A DNA stretch of 30,642 nt from Bacteroidota bacterium. GTDB lineage: Bacteria > Bacteroidota > Bacteroidia > Flavobacteriales_D > Sanyastnellaceae. Location: positions 1 through 30,642 of the forward strand of contig JBJOKO010000001.1 in the NCBI GenBank assembly GCA_046046035.1, given 5' to 3'. Shown in pieces: positions 1-8,500 of this stretch (its first letter is position 1; each line of letters starts with the position of its first letter). The notes beneath the pieces are model-generated. The model saw only the letters and a program-made list of their open reading frames with translations, was not told the DNA's origin and searched no databases. The position numbers and the translations under genes were made by a program.

Positions 1-1230
1 GGGAGTTTGGAGACCGAACAAACATTCGGTTTGTCCTACTACAATGAATTTGGCTGTATGAGTGAAATTACATTTGAAACGATCGAGGTTTTTGAAGTGC
101 CAACTGCACCAGTAATTGCTAGTGATGATATTGCATTTTGTCCAAGCGAAACAACGATAATTTATTCTGTAGATAATAGCGAAGTACTTTGGAGTAATGG
201 CGTTACCGCCTCTTCGATTGAAGTGGGTGACGAAGCTATTTACACTGCTATTGCTGTGAGCACAGAAGGTTGCGAAAGCACTGTTTCCAATGAGGTGAAT
301 ATTTACGTTTATGATGCAGCTGTTTATCCAGAAGTTGTTATTGGAGAATATGATATCTGCGGAGACGCTGTGGATATTGTTGTTACCAACACGATTTATC
401 TGTATTGGTACAATTCAAACATGCAGCAGATTTCTGTTGATGATGGTGACTTTACTACTCTTTTTGGCAATACAGATTTGACCTATTATGTACAAGCAGT
501 AAGTGATTACAATTGTTTGAGTGAGCTCGTTGAAATCAATATTGACTTTGCTGAATTGCCCGCCGCTCCTATGATTGATGTGGTATTAACTGATTTGTGC
601 GAAGGACAATCCACAGTAGTTTCTAGTGCGAATGGAAGTGAAGTTCTTTGGAGTACAGGAGAGTTTGCGAGTTCTATCATAGTTGACGAAACAATTCAGA
701 TTACGGCAACGATTAATGATGGAGTCTGTGAAAGCAATCCATCTATTCCCGTCAATATTGTAGTGCATCCAAATCCAGAAGTTCCTACGATTACGATCAA
801 TGGTCCTGAGCTCATAGCTACCGCTGGATGGCAGGAATATCAGTGGTTCTATTACAATGATCCAACAGGACCAGACACACAAACATGGGAACCAAGCAAT
901 GTCGGAGAATACACTGTTCAAGTAACAAACGAGCATGGTTGCTCCGCTATGTCGGCCCCTATTTTTTGGAATTATATCAGTGTTGAAGAGTTAGAGAACA
1001 ATGACATTTCACTTTATCCAAATCCAACAAGTGGTGTATTAAATATCACCAGTGAAAAGCTGATTTCAACCATTACAATCTACGACGCAACGGGAAGAAA
1101 AATCATGACCGAACAAACGTTCGGTTATTCTGAAACGCTCGATTTGACTGGGTTGATCGAGGGGGTTTATTTGGTAGCTGTTGAGGTGCCTGAAGGGAAG
1201 ATATTTATTAGGGTAGAGGTGAGAGGGTAG
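1..1230 (+). CDS. T9SS type A sorting domain-containing protein, 5'-truncated by the window edge; tandem Ig-like beta-sandwich repeats
   Basis: Frame is open from base 1 (GGG AGT TTG GAG...). Repeated Cys-containing Ig-like units (FCPSETTI...W, ICGDAVDI, LCEGQSTVV...WSTGE...GVCES). C-terminus 'ISLYPNPTSGVLNI...IYDATGRKI...LDLTGLIEGVYLV' is a classic type A CTD (Por secretion tail). Confidence 0.88.
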   Translation, partial: GSLETEQTFGLSYYNEFGCMSEITFETIEVFEVPTAPVIASDDIAFCPSETTIIYSVDNSEVLWSNGVTASSIEVGDEAIYTAIAVSTEGCESTVSNEVNIYVYDAAVYPEVVIGEYDICGDAVDIVVTNTIYLYWYNSNMQQISVDDGDFTTLFGNTDLTYYVQAVSDYNCLSELVEINIDFAELPAAPMIDVVLTDLCEGQSTVVSSANGSEVLWSTGEFASSIIVDETIQITATINDGVCESNPSIPVNIVVHPNPEVPTITINGPELIATAGWQEYQWFYYNDPTGPDTQTWEPSNVGEYTVQVTNEHGCSAMSAPIFWNYISVEELENNDISLYPNPTSGVLNITSEKLISTITIYDATGRKIMTEQTFGYSETLDLTGLIEGVYLVAVEVPEGKIFIRVEVRG

Positions 1231-1240
1231 AGGGGGAGGG

Positions 1241-1460
1241 CCACGGATGGCGGGACCCTTCGACTCTGGTCGCTTCGCTTCCGACGCTCAGGGGCCCTGA
1301 TTCAAGCGAGGAGAGGGGGTTTTTGGGGTTTAAGGAAAACACAAAGTGTTTTCCTTAAACCCCAAAAACTATTTAAAATGTGAGACGCGGGTCCCTGAGC
1401 GTAGTCTTGGTGAGCCTTTAGGCGAGGCAAGACGTAGTCGAAGGGTGGTGCAATCCGTGG
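1241..1460. repeat. Composite REP/REPIN- or MITE-like intergenic element with nested inverted symmetry
   Basis: Nested inverted pairs: CCACGGAT(1241-1248)/ATCCGTGG(1453-1460); ACCCTTCGACT(1255-1265)/AGTCGAAGGGT(1436-1446); ACGCTCAGGGGCCC(1284-1297)/GGGTCCCTGAGCGT(1389-1402, 1 mismatch); central perfect hairpin 1319-1369. Confidence 0.8.
1319..1369. repeat. Perfect 24-bp inverted repeat with 3-nt loop
   Basis: GTTTTTGGGGTTTAAGGAAAACAC-AAA-GTGTTTTCCTTAAACCCCAAAAAC; the arms are exact reverse complements. Confidence 0.97.
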
Positions 1461-1526
1461 ACCGCCCACTTTCGCCGCTGCTTGGAAGAATTCAACTTCC
1501 CTCTATCTTTACTCTAAGCATTTCCA

Positions 1527-2447
1527 ATGAAGAAGTACAGTTTTTTAATCTTAATAATGATTCTAGGAATTTCCACTTGTGCATTTGCACAGGATGGAGA
1601 TTCGTTGGTGCATGATTGCTGGGAACCTTATTTTCTTTATGATGGAGAAAAGGTTGTTGGGCGAGTTACTGCGAATAGATACTGGACGATGAGTATGGAA
1701 ATGCCTGTAGAGAATACGAAAGCGTATTCTGTGGAGCGCGGAACTTTCAAGAATTATAAATTGTGGAATGGCAGTGTTGAATATATCGCTGATAATGGCA
1801 CCTTGATTAAAAAAGCTACTATCAAGAATGGCGTTGGCAATGAGAAGGTGATAGCGTTCAGTGATAGCGCCTTTCGTGTTCAGGTACATACGCATATTCC
1901 AAGAATCGATTTGAATGATAACGGTAAGATTGAGGAAGGTGAAATGCTAACTGTTCAATACCTCAAGATTAGTTCTATGGGGATGAAAAAAACAGATGAT
2001 ATATTTAAGTTCACCGCACTAGAAACGTTGATCATTGATAAGCAGTATTTCAAAGGAAGTGACTTGCTGGATAAGGCGAAGATTGAAGAACGTTTTAGAA
2101 ATGTACTTGAAAGTAATGAGTCAATCCCCCCTTATGATTTTGTAGAAACAGAGGCGGAATTTCCGGGAGGTCAAGAGCGGTTTTTTTATTTTATTAATGA
2201 TAATGTGTCACCTCCTGATTCTTCAGCTAATCAGGCCATTGGTGGCGACATTAAAGTTTACGTTCAGTTCATTGTTGAAATGGATGGAACATTATCTAAT
2301 ATTCAAGTGCTGAGGACGAATAGTGATACTATGGGAAAAGCCGTAGTAGCGGCACTCAAGAAATCTCCTAAGTGGACACCAGGAACGATAAGCGGCAAGT
2401 CCGTAAGGCAACGTATGATATTGCCCGTGGTGTTTACTCTCCAGTGA
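1527..2447 (+). CDS. TonB C-terminal domain (energy transducer TonB-like) protein with N-terminal signal peptide
   Basis: Signal peptide 'MKKYSFLILIMILGISTCAFAQ'. C-terminal 'EAEFPGG...VYVQFIVEMDGTLSNIQVLR...AALKKSPKWTPGTISGKSVRQRMILPVVFTL' matches TonB_C. Confidence 0.85.
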   Translation: MKKYSFLILIMILGISTCAFAQDGDSLVHDCWEPYFLYDGEKVVGRVTANRYWTMSMEMPVENTKAYSVERGTFKNYKLWNGSVEYIADNGTLIKKATIKNGVGNEKVIAFSDSAFRVQVHTHIPRIDLNDNGKIEEGEMLTVQYLKISSMGMKKTDDIFKFTALETLIIDKQYFKGSDLLDKAKIEERFRNVLESNESIPPYDFVETEAEFPGGQERFFYFINDNVSPPDSSANQAIGGDIKVYVQFIVEMDGTLSNIQVLRTNSDTMGKAVVAALKKSPKWTPGTISGKSVRQRMILPVVFTLQ

Positions 2448-2550
2448 GGGGATTTTTGATTTCTTATTTTTGATTTTTAAAAGTGTGGTCCACGTTTCAG
2501 AATGAGAAACAGAAACACAATGAGAATGAATAATTAGGAGATCTGATTTT

Positions 2551-5500
2551 TTACCGTAGCACCGTCACATGCCCCATGAGGATCTTCTTCTCGCCGCCGA
2601 ATCCCTTGTATTCTACTTTCCAATTGTAAACACCGTCGGCTACAAAATACTGTCCGCCGCGGTAGTTTCCGATCCATTTTTCTTCGATGTCTTTGCTGTG
2701 GAATACCGCTTCGCCCCAACGATCGAAGATCCACATTTCAAATTCGAACACTTCACCTTTAGCAGCGAAGTAATCGTTGATTCCGTCGTTGTCTGGCGTG
2801 AATGAACTCGGAACGTATAGCTCAGCTTCGCAGTTTATTGTTTGGAAGGCGACGTCTTCACATCCTGCTTCGTTGACAATGTAGAGCGTTACCTGCGAAT
2901 CGTTTTCGGTTATTGTAATCGTCGGTTCATCCATGTAGTATTCAATTCCATTGTACAACCACCTCGAGAAAGCCCCGTCGGTACTGAGGTTGTTCATTGG
3001 TAGCGAAATAGGAATGGTGCAGTCTTCAGGAATAGTAAAGTCAAAAGCAGCAGTCACACCGGGCTTCAAATACACCTGTGTTTCTTGCATCGATGTGCAT
3101 CCAAAAATATCTGTGACAGTCACCGAAATTGTAGACAAGTACGGTGATGAAATTATAGAGTTGAATTGAATATTGACTGGATTAGTTCCAAGAATTGTAA
3201 GCGAGGTATCTGGCAATTGCACATTCCATTCGAGCGAAGCATATTCCCCTGAAGGAATTTGGAATGTTATAATTCCGGGCATACAGAGTGAAGTATCTGC
3301 ATGAGAAATTGTTGCATCAGGACCGAGAATTTGAACTGTCTCTGTGTACGAAGCGTCGCAGCCATCGGGCGATGTAGACGTGATTGTTACATCATAATAT
3401 CCAGAAGATTCATAAATGTAACAAGGGTTGACATCGTTGATAAACACATTATCCGTTCCGAAATTCCAATACAGCGCACCGAAATTTGTGCTTTGATTTT
3501 GGAAGCACAATTGACTACCTGAACAAACATCTCCTGCATCATACGTGAAATCAAGATCGGGCAATGAACCAATAGTTACTATTTGCGAATCGACACTTTG
3601 TCCGCAACCTGGGCTTACTGTTGTTTGTGTAATGGTGTAATTTCCAGGCACAGCACTCGATACTGCTGCAAGCGTGAATACCCCATTGTTATTTGCAATC
3701 TGAAGTGAACCATTACTAGGAAGAATCGACCATGATGTAACCATGTTATCAGGTCCGACAGCCATGTTGTTAATGATGCCAGATTCGCCAGGACACAAGA
3801 ATGTTGGAGCTTCGAATTCTGCTTCAGTATCTGGAGGATAAACTTCGACAGTGATTGATTCAGAATCACATCCACATTGATTGCAAACATCTGCGGTGAT
3901 TATTACTTCTTGATAAAAAGTAGAAGTGAATGTTTGCGTGAAAGCCGCGAGATTCGTGGCACTCACTGCAGGCCACCCATTGCTAAATGAATAATCAATG
4001 GTTGAAATATCCGTTGTTGTAGGGCATGTAATTGTGAACGTTGAATTGAATTCACTGCACGCACTGAGTGTTGTTGCATCAATGAATATTTCAGGAACAT
4101 CAACAAAATTTACTTCGATGGTTTCGGAACCATTGCTACAAACGTTTTGTCCGTTGAGTGTAATGAAATACGTTTGATCACCGTACGTGTTCGGATCAAT
4201 TGCAAACGCAGAAGGCACGGGCGCGTAAGTGTTGGCGCTAGTCAATCCTCCTGGTAAATTCGTTGTCCAAGAATAAGAGGCTTGCATTCCTGTTGAACTA
4301 TTTGCCACAGTAAATGATGGAGAACAAACAGAATAATTTGAAATAGAGAAGTCAACCGCCACATCATCAACTACGTTAAGCGTACCATTTTGAGTAATGA
4401 CACAACCAGATGTTGATTCAATGGTGATGAGGTAATCATAGTTTCCGCTAGCCGCGAAATTGATTACATCCAATTCGTTGAACGGCCCAGTAACAGCGCC
4501 AGTGGAGGTGTGCGTGAATTCTACGGTGTATGTTACAACGTTGTTTGTAGGAACAGTAAACGGAGTAGATTGACAATGCCATCCGTCAGGATCCAATACT
4601 ACTTGTGCGGGCAGTCCGATGATTTGCAAATTGAAACAAGAGCTCACTTCACATGGAAATGTATTGTTTGCAACTAGACAAATTTGATAGGTTGTTCCAG
4701 CAACCATCCCTAAGGCCGCAGGATCGATTATGTTACCCGCAAGCGTGTTGCCGTTCCATTCCCAATGAGAACTCGTTACATCGGGGGATAATGAGCCTGT
4801 AAGGGTCAATGTCTCGTTGATGCAAAGTTGTGTAACTGGATCTGCAGAGATTATTGGGTTTGGATTAATGTCTAAGTTGATTGATGTTTCATCAACACAT
4901 ACTCCACCAAAATTGATAGTAACATTTTCTGTTGTAGTGACATCTGGAACGGTGAATACACCATTCGCTGCAAGGCTTCCAACTCCCGTCATCGACCATG
5001 CTCCATATCCACCTGTAGCAGTGGATGTAGCGAATGTGATACTTTCTGTTTCGCAAATATCGAAGTCGTTATTTGCTGTAATTGTTGGAGTGTAATTATC
5101 AAAAACAGAAATAGGGCATGATAAAGTTGTTGGACAACCAGAAGGATCGACAAATGAATAGGTCAATGAATGTGGTGTTCCGGATATCACGAATGGCGCG
5201 GTTCCTGCGCAGATTTGATTTCCAGTGAATGGCAAATTATTCACCAACGTGTCAAGCAATGTCCATGTATTGAGCGTAATCGTTGGCAAGTTTTCGCAAG
5301 GCATATCATCGCACATGTGGGTGAATGCTGGATTGCAATTCAACACTGGGGCAGGAGCTGCATTATTGATTTGAATAGGTTCACAGACAGAAGCGGAGCA
5401 ACCTTGTGTGTCGGTGATGTTCATGCAGATGTTGTAATTCCCTGCGTTGATGCCTGATACAGAAGGAGCCAGATTTGTTGCAATAACTGTTGGCGGAATG

Positions 5501-8500
5501 GTACTAATATACCAGCTAGTCGAATTCGTTGGGTCATTTGTGGTTCCCGATAGTGGCACAGATTGACTCACACACATTACTGCAGGCATAGTAACATCAC
5601 CTGTTGGTGGCGCTACAACTGTAATAATTACACCAACAGAATCTATACACAAACCGGTGAACGAAGCTGTGTACTGCCCTGGTGTTGCTGCGGAGAATAA
5701 TCCGGTAATTGGATTGATCAAAGCTCCACCCGTAGCGTTCCACGCGCCATACGTACTTGTCGCAGATGAAAGATTGAGATCAATAGTTTGATTAGGACAC
5801 AAAGTCAAATCACCATTGTAAGTAATTGTCGGAGAATAATTCGGTTGAACATTCACATCACAATTCAGCGAAAGAGGACAGCCATTTACGTCTTCAAATT
5901 CAAAAATGAATGTGTCGTCAGTTGCAGAACCACCAACTTCGAAAGGCGCTACACCCGGCGTCACATCCGTGATTGAATATGGTGCACCATTTAAAGTAGT
6001 TTGAATAAACGTCCAGTTGGCAGGAAGAGGATTAACTGTTGGAACCGGAGTAACAGGACTATTTTCACAGAAAAAAGAAAAGGCCGGATCACATGAAAGC
6101 GTTGGCGCAGGCGCGATTGGATTGGTAACGTTAACAGTGTAACATACATCGTCTTCGCAACCAGAAGGATCAACCACATTTACACAAACGCTATAATTTC
6201 CTGCAGATAATCCGAGTGCTTGAGGATTGAAATTCGTTGTTGTTGGAATGTCCGTTGCAAGGTCTACAAACCACGTTGTTGTTGCGTTTGCAGGAGTAGT
6301 CGTAGCCGTGAGTGTCATAGTTTGGGAAGCACACAAAACGTTGGGAGACGTGATTATCGCTGTAGGTAAACCTCCAACAGTTACACTAAGTGTTGCAGGA
6401 TTTATACATGTTCCGTCAACGTTGATCGTGTATGTTCCAGCAGTTGTTGGAGTGAAAACACCGGTACTACTATTTATGCAAGTTGGGCATTCTGTGCATG
6501 ACCAAGTGAGAGTTGAAGTAACGCTTGGAGAAACAGTAAATGCAATGGGTTGAGAAGTACAAGGAGAGCTTGCAGGATTTATTATCGTTACTGTTTGTGG
6601 AGCAGTTATCGTAAAAGTACATTGTGAAGTGTACGCGCAACCGTTGGCTGTGTAGGTGTACACTACTGTGTGCAATCCAATACTCAATGTCGATGGATCA
6701 ATAGTAGTGCTTCCTAAAATGCTTCCGCCATCAAGTGTTAATGCAGTAACAACAATTCCGGTTCCTGATACAATCGGAATATTTTGCAGCCCTGCATCTT
6801 GACAAATTGAACTGTTAAAGCAGTTGGGACTAAGTGTAATTGGATTAGAATAAGTATCTATTGTTACTGTGCTAATACTCTGAGAACAATTGGTTCCGTA
6901 GGTAACGGTGAGGCCAATAGTACTTCCGTCGGTAGGATTGGCAATGGTATAGTTTGGTGTTGTTACAGTTGGACTTCCATTCAAAGACCATTGATAAGAA
7001 TTGACTGGACCGGTGGTAAATGAAGACGTGATTGCTAGAGGAATACCGGCGCAAATTTGAGTGCCAGTGTAATCAATAGTAATTTGAGGAGTTGGATAAA
7101 TAGTAACAGGTTCAATCAAAGGCGCACCGCATGCGGCAGCACCAGAAGTGATTTGAAAGCTTACATTGTTGTTGATGACTACTTGACCGTTGGAAGGCAC
7201 CGACACATAACCTGATCCGTAGTTGACAAGGTAGGTTAATGTTCCCCACTGATAGAGTGGATCTGAAGTTAAGTTTAGTGTAGATCCAGCACAAACGGTG
7301 TTTGGTAAATTGACGGTTGGTGTTTGAGTTGAACCGGCATTGAAAGTGAAACAATCGGTGTCTGAACCGCAGCTATTTGTTGCAGTAATTACAACCGTGT
7401 AAGGCGCGTTATTCGTGGCAGGCAGAGTGAATCCTGCAAATTGATTTGCGCAATAGGGAGTGGATAATAGACATCCATTGATGATGCTTCCCGAAGGGAT
7501 GGTTGTGCTTGACCAAAGTGGCACAGCAGCACCAACTGTGCAGTTGGCGTAGGTTCCAGCGTATACAGAAACATTGAATGCCGTCAGTGGAGAATAACAT
7601 TCATTGACACAAATGAAATCATCCAAGCATAAGGTAGTTCCAGGGCAAGGCGCAATTGGCGCAGAAGAAGTAACAATAGGTGCACCTGCAACTGTGAAGT
7701 TGAAAGAAGATGTTGGTGGAGGTGAAAGACAAATTGAATTTGAAATTGCCACATTCAATCGATACAATCCTTTTTGAAATACTTGAAGAGTAGGAGTTAG
7801 TGTTGTTGCTCCCGTAAGGCTGTAGTTGGCCGTTGGCACGGAAGCTCCGGTTTGTGTGGTGAGCGTCCACAATACCGTTGGCGTAACGCAGCTCGGTCCG
7901 GGAATGGTGAGGACAGGGTTTAGCGCAGGAGTGTTGACGCAGAAAGTTGTTGGAATATTCCAAGTAACAGAAGCTGTTGCATTCGGTGTTACACAAATAT
8001 TCATGCATTGCGTTTGAGGCACAGGATCACAAAGGGTATTGAGATCTAGGCAAACACTATAATCACCAGAACCAGTGAATGCATAATTGAGAATTGGTGT
8101 TCCCTGACCTTGAGCAAACGTAGGTATGATAGTGTTTCCAGAAGGATCAATAATAGACCAGTTGAATGCTGCTTGACAATAATCGGTAGCTGTAATTGTG
8201 CTGTTATTCCAAGTGAAAGTTACGTTTTCATTTACGCAAGGAAGTGTATCCGTTGCGGAAAATGATGATAGATTGGATGTACCTACTTGAAATGATGAAG
8301 AACCGTCGTAGTTATTAGGTGTGTTATCGCAAGGGTGATTTGCGTAGGTAGTAACCCAATAAACATCGTTGTCACATCCACATGATGAAGCATTTGGTGT
8401 CCAGGTTATGCTCGGCGGAACGGCGTCAAACCAAGTGTATTCAGCAAGAATTTCAACAGGTCTGCTCGCGATACCAGGCGCATCACAACTGATGATGAGT

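Noticed and set aside
1107-1126. Functional LexA (Cheo) box
   Set aside because: It lies deep within a CDS, and this box type is characteristic of Gram-positive-type LexA rather than Bacteroidota; kept only as a low-interest duplicated word.
1346-1615. 89-aa ORF across the intergenic element
   Set aside because: It starts inside the palindrome, consists of repeat-derived sequence and overlaps the TonB_C gene out of frame; no protein features.
2448-2550. Short repeats TTTTTGATT x2 and AATGAGAA x2 between convergent genes
   Set aside because: Low-complexity AT-rich sequence with no stable hairpin or recognisable spacing.
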